From NCBI GenBank assembly GCA_016748015.1, contig JAAOMT010000577.1, positions 124,001 to 188,000 of the forward strand: a stretch of 64,000 nucleotides of DNA. The letters run 5' to 3'. Each line of letters starts with the position of its first letter. Position 1 is the stretch's first letter. The notes beneath the pieces were generated by a model. It was not told the DNA's origin, searched no databases, and saw nothing but the letters and a program-made list of their open reading frames with translations. This DNA is from Geosiphon pyriformis uo1. Its lineage: Eukaryota; Fungi; Glomeromycota. The position numbers were made by a program, and so were the translations under genes. Below, one piece after another: positions 24,590-37,600 of the stretch.

Positions 24590-25165
24590 TTCCCTATAAA
24601 TTTGCTACTTTGCTTCCGTTTTATTATAATATAGGTTTGGAAACCTCAGAAGATGAAGGGAAGCCAATTTGGTGGTATCGAAAACCTACAAATACTGAAG
24701 AAGCATTCGGTTTAAATCAAGTGGGAATGTGTTACAAGAATTATTTTGGAACTCCCAAGAAGAATCAATTAACATTTGATTATTATCGAAAAGCAACTGA
24801 ATCTGGCGCTTCTCATGGACAGATGAATATGGAAAGAGGTTATTTGTTGGGAAAAGGACCTATGAGTGACCCTAGGAAATCAGTAAATTGGCTTCAAAAA
24901 GCAGCAGAAAATAAAAATTCATTTAGCCAGTGGTATCTTGGTATGAATGACTCATGAATTTTTGATTTTTGATTTTTTTTATAAATTGAGAATAATTTTT
25001 ATGGAGAGTTTTTATTAATTTGACTCTAATATTAGGCTTGTCATACCGTTCCGGTTCAGGAATTTCAAAAGATTTCCACGCATCTATATATTGGTTTCGA
25101 AAAGCATTAGAAAATGGAGACAGAGATGCGTTTTTTAGTCTACAAGAAACATTCCTTTTGGTTTG
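24590..25165 (+). pseudogene. Short or degenerate Sel1-like repeat gene
   Basis: Divergent Sel1 repeats (NQVGMCY..FGTPKK..FDYYRKA), intron about 24941-25035, last exon KDFHASIYWFRKALENG. No clear ATG-led N-terminus. Confidence 0.6.
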
Positions 25166-25897
25166 AATTATTTTCTTTATCTTTAAATTTCTCTTAAATT
25201 TCGCAATATTTTTCAGGGCCTGATTACTGAAACATCTATTTATATTTACACAATAATAGGAATCTGAAGTATTTATAATATGATTTTTCTAATATCTGGA
25301 AATCTTTGGTATTTGATTATGAATAATTAGTAAGCTTATTCTTGTTATAAATGGTTATAAATGGTTATATACCTACTAAAAATGAACATTAACCCAATTC
25401 CCACTGTTAAATTATCAAGTTTCCAACTATGTCTACTGAAAAAATATCGAAATTTTTTCGAATTACATGCTTCATTTCAAGACACAATAATTTCTTCTTT
25501 TATTCAGAATTATTTTTATTTTATCAAAAATTCAATCAGGATATTAATAATAATTACATGGAATATAATAAATAATCAAGATCAAATAAGACTAATATGT
25601 AATATCAAGCAATATAACCTTTCAATAGAACCCCCTTCCAATTTAAAATAATCCTTTATAGATTTTATTGCCAAGAAAAAGCTCCTGTAAAATTACGGGT
25701 TTAAACTAAGGTTTCCAAAATCTAGGGAATGTCTAAAAATAATTCTAAGTGACGCGTAAATACTATTTTGCATTTTACAATGACGTAATTGTCCGTCCTA
25801 TCCTCATAATAGAAAAAGAATAAGTCTAGCATTGTCCCACCGTTTACAAATAAAATCGGTAACAACTTCCTTTTTCAAAGTTTAACCCTTTCAAAAT

Positions 25898-28101
25898 ATG
25901 AAAGTCCAAAACCTGTCAATTGAACTTTTGGAGTTTGAGGGTTTGGAAGAAATCAATAATAATTTTGCATTTGAAGCATCCATCAAAGGAAAATGGATTA
26001 AAGAGGATCTTGATGTTATGTTGGAACCTATCCCTGATCGATCCCTAAAAAAGGTATTTCTTCAATATTTATTATGGTCATTGCAAAAACGTTTTCCTCG
26101 ATTATTCTCAAATTCAAAATATTAATATTATATTTATTATCAGGCGAATAAACTATGCAGCTTAGAATATCACCCAAGCTTGGTTCAAATCTATGCTCTC
26201 AAGAAAAATGAAACCACCTTATCTGGTGTGTTTTGTAGCTCTTCAAATTTCTTTGTTTGAAATATGTGAAAAATTCGTATAATCCTAATTTTTGAGTTTT
26301 CAGGTACCGTGAACATCCCTCGACACTTGTTGGTTTGCGAATATATTCCTAGAAATTTGCAAGAATATTTGCACTTTGATCATCAGACCTTAAACGAATA
26401 CCAAATAATTGAATTGGCTAAACAAGTCGCAAATGGGCTCTTGTATCTTCATAGCAATAATATCTTTCATGGAAATTTGGTACGGAACATCAATAAAATA
26501 TCCCTGAATTAATGTCTTGCTCGCTAAAATTTAATATCATTGACTTTTTTTAGAGTGATCAAAATATAATGTTTGATGGAATATTTTGTAAAATTCGATA
26601 TACTTGGGAAGAAAATGGAGAGAAATATGACGCTCAAGAACCCTCAAATTCATTAATGGACAAAGAATTATTACTGGATATTTCAGATTTCGGCAAAGTA
26701 CTCTCAAAAATATGCTTGGGAACTTTATTCTCTCCCTTAAAAGAAACCATTCAAGAATTGAATTCGCGTTTAGCTTCATTGCAGAATTGGGATCCGACAC
26801 AAGAAACTCTGCTTGCCCTTTTAAATCTAAGTTTGGATTGTCAGTCGAGCAATGGAGAATCATTTTCTTCAATGGAACAAATCTTGCAAAGACTGGAAGA
26901 TATTAAATGGTTCGCGGGGTCGGATAAGAAAAAATTTTTAAAATCTTGGGCACTTACGATTGCTGGTGGAAAGCCGGAAAGTAAATATACGTCCAATCCA
27001 TCAATTGAAGAGGAAGTCCTTCATGACAAAGATATGTTAGGAGAACGTCTAAACTTAATATTTCAACGAGCAAACGATCGTAACGAGGATCGCGATGATG
27101 AGCACATTTCACAGAAATTGCAGTCCTGGCTGAGAATTCACGACGTTGCACCAAAAACTGTTTTAAAAGTAATTCTCGAACACCAGGATAAACCAGGTTA
27201 CCATTCACTCATTGGGTTTTTTTACCATCAAGGGGTAGGAATTCCAGTTGATAATACCAAGGCATATCAATTTTATAAAATCGCAGCCGAAAATGGAGAT
27301 GCCTTTGGAAAAAACCAAGTTGGTTGGTGTTATTCAAAAGGTATTGGGGTCAAGTCAGATCCGAAAGATGCCGCAGAATGGTACAAAAAATCTGCTGAAA
27401 GTGGCAATTATAGTGGAAAATCGAATTTAGCTGAATGCTATCTCGAAAGCGATGGAATTGAAGCAAATCGTGACGAAGCAATTCGATTGCTTACTGAAAC
27501 GGCAAATGTGGGTTATGTTGGATCAATATTTAAACTTGGGTACTGTTATGAAGAGGCGACTGAAACCAAGGACGAGAAGAAAGCTTTTCGTCTTTACTTA
27601 GAATCCGCTTCCCAGGGCTATATTTACGGCCAATATTATGTTGGTAAATGCTATGAATCCGACAGAGGGACGAAAAAAGACGACAAACGAGCTTTTTATT
27701 GGTACAAAAAAGCCGCTGAGGCTGATTTTGATGAAGCAAAACTCGAAATGGCAAAATGTTATGTTGAAGGTGTCGGGGTGGAAAAGGATCAAGAAAAGGG
27801 ATTTCAAATTTGTTTAAAATCTGCTCAGAACGGATGTCTCGGTGCAGCAAATTGGGTTGGTCATTATTTTGAGAACGGTATAGGTACACGGAAAAATCTC
27901 CTCAAGGCTTTTTACTGGTATCACTTATCTGCGTTAAAAGGTGGGTCATTCGGACAATTCAGGGCCGGTTTTTTTTATTTAAATGGTATGGGTGCAAATT
28001 ATGATCTTCATCAGGGGATTAAGTGGTTTGTTCTTGCCCATAATAATTCTGAGAATGGGGCTTATGACTATTTAAATTTTCAAATTTTCAAATTGGAATA
28101 G
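25898..28101 (+). CDS. Pseudokinase-Sel1 repeat fusion protein, 4 exons (~25898-26052, 26144-26226, 26304-26480, 26555-28101)
   Basis: Kinase-like HPSLVQIY, LLVCEY, ANGLLYLHSNNIFHGNL..NIM, followed by about 8 Sel1 repeats. No GxGxxG, VAIK, HRD or DFG at the expected positions. Confidence 0.85.
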
Positions 28102-28699
28102 TAAATTATTTATAGTTTTGTCTCAATTAGTGACAGCAGCAAATTTGAAGAGGATGCAGTGCAGAAATCTAGATCATTAAATACGCGCTCCTATAGTCAG
28201 ACATCTTAATTAGCTTTGTTGTAGTGATAATTATGGATCAATGAATTAAACATTTTTCAATGAATAATTGAGAACATTACTACAGAAAACCTGAATATAG
28301 CATTTATAAAAAGCAATATTCTCTGGATCCTGTTGCCTTTCTTAAGGTTAAAATGAGCCACACTTGATAATCCTTTTTAAAGCACCTCTGTAAATGGAGA
28401 ATAAATTTTACTTTATTAGATGTGTGAAACCCACCAATTATCAAGCGTTTCACCACAAAATGAAATAAGTCGATTAAGTTAATCATTTTACTAGTATTTT
28501 TGGCCGTCTCATTGTCCTTGTTTTCCTTCTTCCCCTCAACACCATTCAATCGCCGCCTTGATCTGACATAATTAAAAAAGGTGTAAAAGTATTTATCGTC
28601 TCATTATTCTTTTCTTTTGTCTCGCTGTTTTATTCTTTCTTTTTTCTCCTTTTTTGCTGCTAATTTCTGTTATTATCTTTATGCTTTTGTCTTTAATGC

Positions 28700-31200
28700 A
28701 AAACAAAAAAAAGATCTTAACAAAAGCAACTTTTTCTTTTTTGATTTTTATTTATGAATTCCTTAATATTGCAAATAATAGAAAAAAGAAAATATTTTTA
28801 ACTGTACATTATTAATTAAAATATATTTAAAAATAGCTATTAAAATAATTGATAAACTTGACAAAATTTTTTTACAATACTAATGTCTGTTAAAATTAAT
28901 AATGCCATTTATATATTCAAAATTTTCTATAGTAATTAATTACAATAAACTTGAATAAAATCTCCAATAAATTTTATATATATATTCAAACAATAAAATA
29001 TTAATAAACATGAAAATAAAAGCTTTGATAAGAAATAAACATGATATTTAAATGGTAACAAGTTTTGCATTAATAATAAGTATGGTTTTTATATTCTTTT
29101 TTTAAATCCATACTAAAAACCGAATAAATAAAAGTTTTAATTCAATTTTTTTCGGTTATTTGAATAACATTCTAAATAACACAATAAATTTGCATAGATT
29201 TCAAATAAAGTAAAAAATAAAACAAAATATTTTGTTTTACTTGGAAAAACAAATTGCATTAAAAAATGTAATTAAATTAATATAGCTAATGAAAAAAGAG
29301 TTTATAACAAATTTTTGAGAAAATTAAAAAAAAAACTATTTACAATAGTATTTAATAAAATGAATTGTTATTTTTATAATTTAAAAACTAATTTATAAAT
29401 TAATAATGTTTTTCTAAACAAATAAAAGAAGCAAAATACATTAATTTTATTTTAAAAATGCAAATTATAATTTTTGAATAAAGCAAAAAATTTATTGCAA
29501 AATATCCAATTATTACTATTTATCCAAAAAAAATAACAAATCCAAATAATTAAAGAAAATATCAATTCAATTTTATCAAAAATTTATTATTCTTTGTAAT
29601 AACCAATAGTGTTTAAAATATTCTTAATATATTATTGTTTATTAAAAACATAAAAATTGAATTGAATTTGAAAAAATAAAAAAATACTAATTATACCAAT
29701 TTTTTCTAACAGAAATTATTTTATTCAAAAAAAGCTTATATAATTAATGCTGAATATAATTTTAAAATTGTTTTTAAAATATTATTAAAATTGCTTTCAG
29801 ATTATTATTATTATTATTAAAAAATTACAACAAAATAATAATTTAAGATACAATTAATACTTATTTACAATTAAACCAAATAAAAAATTGTCTAAACTAT
29901 TTATAGAATTATTTTTCTTAAAATAAATTACTTTAAAACATTGTTAATTGCAAAAATTATTAAATTTTTTTTGAAAAATAATTATTTTTAAAGTGAAAAA
30001 TTATTCCATATTAACATAAATTACATTAATAACGATAACTTAAGCAGCTAATTTTTAAGTATATTAATATTTTTGTTTAAGGTAATAATAATAATTTTGA
30101 AAAACTCAATTTAATTCAATACTGCATATATTTTATAAATGTTTAATTTATTAAAGAACGAATATAAAAAGTATTATTTACTAATTACCAATTTATAAAA
30201 AATACAAGTTTATTAATAAAATATATTTAATTTTTAAGGAGTTTTTGAATTTTATCAGTTTGTTTTGTCAAAAAAAATAGAAAATTCAAATTTTGTATTA
30301 ACTACAAAAAATTAAATCAATAATTATTTTTTAAATAATATTAATATTAATTTTTTAACTTTTAAAGCTTATTTATACTACTCATAAAAAGAAAGCAAAA
30401 TAAAAAGTAAATATTAAAAAATACCATTTAAAAAAAGTTTGCTATTTTTGGAACATATTATCAGCCAATATAGCATTAAACCAAATCTTAAAAAAATTAA
30501 AAGAATACAATATTTTTTAATTTTTTAAAACACTATTAATTTTTAGATTTAACTTCTCATTATAAAAGATTTATTAAAAATTTTTAAGTAGATATTCACA
30601 ATATTTTTTTACTTAATCTTTCATTACAGAAATTTGTTTTATAAGTTTTTCAATGTTATTAATGTTAATTATAAACATTTTATAAGTAATATGCTAGTTT
30701 ATTATAAGTTATTACTAAAAGTTGACTTTTAAAAAAAAATTATATTAAAATTATTTTGACCTTGAGTTAAATAAATACATTATTTATTGTAAAATTTTAA
30801 ATCCTTGTTTTTTTAAATTTAACAAGTAAAAAAAATTGCTTTTTATGTATATATGAATATGCATAATAAAACTGATAGAAAGTGAGATCCATTAAAATAT
30901 TTCTTAAATCCAAAGAAATATGAAAAAATTTATAGCATCTCAAAGTAGGAAATTTGTTTTAATAAATAAAAGTTGATTCAATTTTTTAAAATTAAATTTC
31001 AAGCATTTAATTTCATATCTGAATATTAATAATAGTTCACAATTAAATAAAAAGGCATTTTTAACCACATTCTAAATATACTTTGTTATGAAGACTATAA
31101 TTTCTATTTTAAAAATGATATTTAAAAATTAAAAATAAAATTAAGTTTAGCTTATCAAATTAACCAATAGATTATTTATTTATAAAGTTTATCACTTATA
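28700..31200. other. Extremely AT-rich desert, likely hyper-decayed transposon DNA
   Basis: Very few G/C, almost no CpG, no ORFs. Confidence 0.6.
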
Positions 31201-31209
31201 AATTATAAA

Positions 31210-31288
31210 CTAACCTTTTGTTTCTTCAATCATTTGCAAACTTAAAACATGACTTGTATAAAATGCTTCTGGGTGAATGCGCGTTGGC

Positions 31289-31319
<31 letters not shown>

Positions 31320-32659
31320 CCGAGTCGTTCTTTAACATTTCTTTTACGTATTTCTCTGATTCTAAAAACTGTATTCTTTCAGGACTCTCAGTTTTAAACT
31401 CTCCTGTAAATAGAATATATATAGAATAAAGTTCCTCCAACTTGTTGTCAACTTCCTTGGCAGTAGGACGATTCTCAGGATTAGTATCCCAACACTTTTC
31501 GATTATTTCGGCAATACAAGGTGGAATTAGGGGAGAGGTAGTTTCAGGTCTTTGACCATTTAAAATATCCATTATAAGAAGGTGATCATGAGAACGACCA
31601 TGAAAAGGAGGCTTCCCTGTTGCTAATTCCTATAATAACATGGCAAAGCTATAAATATCACCAGCTGTTGTAAACTTTTCTCCTTTTAAAACTTCTGGTG
31701 GAATGTATGGAATCACTCCATATATCTTTTTTTCCTCTGTTGTTGTTGCTTCATTATTTACTGGTTGACTCAATCCAAGGTCTCCAATTTGTATCTGTTG
31801 TTGACTAAGTTGTAGAATGTTGCCTGAGTGTAGGTCACGATGAACCATACAAGAAGAATGAATTGAATCAAGCCCAGAAGCTATAGAATACGCGTTGAAC
31901 AATTTTTCCAACCAACTCGTAGAATGAAAATAGCTTGTTAAATATTTTCGCATGTCTCCATGTTCGGCAAATTCCATCACAAATCCATACTCGAGTGTTT
32001 CAGAGTTTTTGCGTAATCCCATATATTGAAGAGATATCACCCAAAAACGCATTTTTAATAAACATAGCTCTTTGAATGTTTAACTATCAAACACAGTGTA
32101 AAAATGTTAGATTAAATAATAAATAAATAATAGGTAAATATGAATTAAACACAAATAATAATAATAATAATAATAATAATAGTTTGTTTACCTCTTTAAA
32201 CACTTCTGAACTGTTCGTTTTTATAACTTTTATTGCTACTTTATCAATCTTCTTTCCAAACTCATCAGTTCTTTCTATTTTATATTCCATTTCACCATGA
32301 TGTTTTATCCTCAAGTTATCAATTAATCCATCAATTAGGGTTGCTTTATAAATTATACCGAACCCTCCTCTACCAATTTCGTTGATATTCGATAAACCCT
32401 CCCATGGAATCCATTCATAGGACTTTAATCTACCATTATAATCATATTTATTTTTAGGTGGAAGATATATTAGATTCTTAATTATTTCATCAACTATTTT
32501 ATTGCCGCTTGAAAAATCGCAGTAGAGTTTTTCAAAAAATATGAACTGGCATGCAACGTAGCAATTCTGTTTATTTTTAATGCTTCTCTGACACACTTCA
32601 CACTCGTTGCAATCATGAGCATATGGACGAATTGTTCTTTTAATTTCTTTGTTTTCCAT
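31210..32659 (-). pseudogene. Tyrosine-kinase-like (TKL) protein kinase with a premature stop
   Basis: GRGGFG, VAIK, HRDLHSGNIL, DLG, YIPPE and DIYSFAMLL*ELATGKPPF, where the conserved Trp reads TAG at 31630-31632. Intron about 32190-32075; (GTT)n encodes poly-Thr. Confidence 0.85.
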
Positions 32660-34619
32660 GGTGTGAATAAAGGATAAAAAGTTAATAGGTTATTATTCGA
32701 AGAGGGTTTCGCTATAAATCATACTAAATAGGTTTAAAACAAAGAGGCCAAACAAGTTTGTCCAAATAAGCAGTTAAACTTAACATCAAATCTAAATGGC
32801 AGAGCCCATCACTACCATACAGAGAATTCGTAGATTTTAACAGTAAATGTGTATTAATAAAATAATAAAAATAAAAAGCAAATTTATAAGCATTAAAATG
32901 CTTTTTTAAAATAAAATTAGTGTAATAATATTTAATATATATACTAAAATAATATGTGTAAAAAATATTAGTTAAAACACAATAACTTTATAATAACTAA
33001 GATATAAATAAATACATACATGTAATTGTAAGTGAAAATCTTAATAAAACTTTAAATAAAAAAGCCAATATATCTTATATTGAAATATAAGCATAATTAA
33101 CATAACAGCTGGAAAATTTGCAAAGAACAATTGAATTAATAAAATTTCTAAAAACATAATAAGAACAATTAATTATATTTTTGTTAAAAAATTTATAATT
33201 AAGCTAAAAATATTAAATATTAATAAGTTTTTTAATAATAATTACAAAATGTGTTTATATAATTCAAAATTAAAACATTAGTTAACATTGATATTCAGAT
33301 TTTTTAAATGTATTATTATTTTCTTTTTTATTTAATTAAATATATTATTACTTTAAATTTCAATAATTATATATTGTTTTTAAATTTTTTATTATTATAA
33401 TATAACTTTAAAATCCAAATAATTGTAATTAAATACTGCAGGCTTATTTTTAATTTAAAATTGAAATATAATAATTAACAATTGCTTTTTGTTGTCTTTA
33501 AATAGTTTTTACCAGTAAAAATTTTTCGATATAATAACTTATTTTTTGAAAATCAAAAATAATATGTTTAATTTTTAAATAGTCAAAATTAATTTTTTGT
33601 AAACAATTATAATAGTTTTTTATTCTGAATTTAATAATCTAAAAATAAATTAATATATTTCAAATTAATAATTAAGCAATTTTAAAATTATTAATTTTTA
33701 GTAAATAAAAATAAATTTTTTTGTTAATTATAATTTGGTTAAAAAGATTTGTTTTAATAAATTGTATTTATTATAAAATACATTTTTTTTGTTAAAATAA
33801 ATATAATTTAGTAAACTATTTATTATTTTAGTAAATATTTTTACAAATTCTAATATAAATAAATTAAACTTTATTTAAATTTTAACTTATATTGTTTAAA
33901 ATTTGTTAAATTACTTAAATATTAGTAAACTACTTAAAAATTTTATTATTACATATTTTAAAATTCTGTATAATCTAATTATAAGATTTTATTATATTTT
34001 TAATTAATACAAATTGTTTATATTAAATTAATATAAAAATTGAAATATTATATTATTAATAATTAAAATATTGTTTAAGATATAATATAAAAATTTTTTA
34101 TAAAAATTAATAACTTGTTTTTTCATATATTTATAATTATATTTAAAGAAAAAATAATAAAAAATATTATCTTTTTTTATTTTTACTTATTTAATATATA
34201 ACAAGTTTTTTTAAAAGTAAAAACAATTAAACATTATTTTTTTAAAGTATATTTCTTAAATAATATAAATATAAATCAGTTTTTAACTGTTTAAAAACAT
34301 TTTTTTTTAGTTTTAAATATGAATTTTTTATATAAAGTTTTTTTAAATTAGTTTTAATATAATAATTACTAATATAAAAAAAACTTTTATTATTATTATT
34401 TAAATAACCAAAAAAAACAAAAATAAAATATTAATTTTTTTTGTTTTTTAATAGTTTTAATAATTTTATTATAACTATACTAATTATAATATTTAATTTT
34501 AATTGGTTTTACTAATTATAAAAACAAAACAAGTTATATTTTAATATATAATTATAATTAATTAATCTTTTAAATTATTTAATTTTAAAAATTTTTTTTT
34601 TATTAAAGATTTAATAAAT

Positions 34620-37600
34620 AAAGTCCAACTGCTATCTAGTACAGAGAACCAAACTAAGTGGATTAAACTAAATACAATTCACACATTTTTTACATGTAGC
34701 CAGCCACTTGGACTGGTCAAAGCAACACTATGTGTCTATCTTAATACACAAATCACCATCCAAACCAGAAAAAAAATGGCACAACTTACACTTACTAAAA
34801 CTAACAGCAAATGACTCTATTACACTGAGCATATAAACCACCCTATCTGACAATAAAGACCCCATACAACAAGACAAGTCCAATATCACATTATTATCAT
34901 TAACCAAACTGGTTTTCTTTATATCTACTCTATGTTTAGATTTAACAAGCCATACTCTAGTGCAATACAACTCTACCACATACCTAACAAAACCCATCAA
35001 AGCTAAAACAGCCTTTTTTCTACTCTCAAAAACCAGAGTGGTCTTAATGAGCCAACTTTTTAACACAAAACTCTTACAAATTACAGCATATAAACTCATA
35101 TCCAAAGAACACAATAAAAGTGAATGTAGAACAATTGAGCCAGGTGAGTGAAAAGAACTAGTTAAAAATGTCTACTTATTAGCAGCTTCTACCAAGATCT
35201 TCTCTTGGAAAACAGTGTTTTCAGAACAAGTAAAAACATAATTAGGCAACTCTACCTCACTGCACAGCAAGCACAAAACTCCAAGATAATTCTTGTTATA
35301 CAATCTCTTTTTGACTGCCACTAACAGCTGTCTATGCACCACTTTCATTAAATATGTGCACAGATTAGCCAACTTCCTACTAATAAATCCAAAAAGCATG
35401 CATAAATCAGGATGTCAAACATTAACAGTTACTACCCAGTCTACTTCCTTAAGCATAACACTCGGAATTACATCATAACCAGGACCAGCCTCTCAATGAG
35501 CATGGCAAATTAAATAGTATATATTACAGACAAAATGTCAAACATTACCAAACACAACAGTGCCTTCAGCAACCAGAAACTGCTCTTGAATCCCAACTGG
35601 CAAAGTGAAAGAAGAGGCAATGGCCTTATTGACTAATTCATTAGTCTTAACATTGCCTAGAACCCCTGAATGTTCTTTAACCTTTATTCACTTAACTAAG
35701 ATATCCTTTTTTTTGATGAGATTGGCAACATGCAATTGCTTAATCCAACACTGATTATGAAAATCAGGCATAGATAAAGAAGCCTCAGACACACAAGCAT
35801 TAATTGTGGATTAACTGTCTGAATACAGAGCCACATCACATGAAGCTAGAACACACTTTAAAGCCAAAACAATGGCCTGTAATTCAGCTAAAGTAGAAGA
35901 CAGTAAACCAAACACTCTGACCCCAATGCTCACATTAGCTACTGGAAAGTAAGCTGCAGCTCCACAAGTTACTTTAGCAGAACCAGCACCCTTTAAAGAC
36001 CCATCTGTGTAGACTTCAACATAATCTAACCAGACATCCAACAAACTATTATGCATATCTGAGAAATTATTAAAATCCAAAACATCTAACACAGACAGAC
36101 CAGAACTAATAGCAGACCCAAGTGCCAGAATAATAACATTGTTCATAAACTCAAACACCAATATAAACCAGTGAAGAACAGGGTCTTTGAAATCCAGTCT
36201 CTTCCACTGCTGAAATGTTTTTCAATCCATCACCACACCTTTTTTGTCCAAAAGTTTGTTACCAAATGCAACATCAAAATGCTTCAAAGAAAGAACAGAG
36301 TCATAATACATTGAATTCCCCAAAATATTGAATATTAGAAACCTACAAGACTCACAAAAAGCATTGGGCAGATTGTTCATTAAAGACAACTCATTCTCCA
36401 AAAAAATTTTTACAATTCCAGCCAAAAAATTGTTTACAAAACTGACATGCAACTTGACAGGATACTGCAAAAAGTTTAGAGAAGACCACCCCAGAACTTG
36501 TAAATCCAAGAATCTATGCTCGAAAAAACGTCCAAGAATACCATGTTTATTGGAAAAGAAGATCAGAAAAGCTAGCTTCCCTTCAGACTGGATTTGTTCA
36601 AAAGACTTCAAACCATATAAAAATGGATGATGTAAGATCTCATTGGGGAAGTCACATAACAAAACAGCCTTGGCTTTGAGACCCTTCCAAATCATAACAT
36701 CCCATTTACGATAAACACCTAATGAAACAAAACTAAACTGTATCTGATAGCCAACAATGAGTTACAAGACAGCTAAAACCAAATAAGAAAATTGTTTATC
36801 CATAATAGCTTTTCTCAACACTACATTAGAAAAGAACTTGACATCCCTATAAGCCTGAGCCAAACTGGGCTTAGAAAGACTCTTTATAAACAGAAATATG
36901 CCCAAGTACTTATAAGATTCACCCTTCTTAGCAATTGAGATTGGCAGACCATTAATCAAAAGTGAGACATCCTTGACATCTCAATTGATAAGAATAACCA
37001 CTGTTTTATCATTATTAATTGAGATATTATTGATAATAAAGAACTTACTGGCAATGTTTAAAATGTACTGTGTCGATGCTTGACTACTCCCAACCCAAAT
37101 TGTGTCATCAACAAATACATCAGCAGCCAAAAAAGAAGTCCTTCCTCCAATAGTCTCAACTCTGCCAGTCCTAGCTAAAAACCAGGTATTAATACAATAA
37201 CTACACAAATGTTCATGTCTTTTGACTTCACACAAAAGTAGATCATAAAAAATTCTCCAAAGAAGTAGGGAAAAAACCTTGCCTTGATCCAAACTATCAT
37301 GCACTTTATAACCATTTGAAAGACCAAAATTCATCATCATCTTATTAATTTGATCTTTATGAATGCCACCAAAGAAGCTGATAAACTGACTACACATTTT
37401 AATTTGGTGCAAACTGGCTTGTAAATGATGCCAGTCCACTGAGTCATAAGCTTTGCACATGTCTTGCAACACCAGTCAAAGTTATCTATTCTTTTCCAAA
37501 GCATCCTCCACCACTGATCCAACAGCAAAAATTGAGTTGAAGTGTCTTTCAACACTGAAAAGTTATTACCATGAAGAACATTAAATTTACTACAAGCTGA

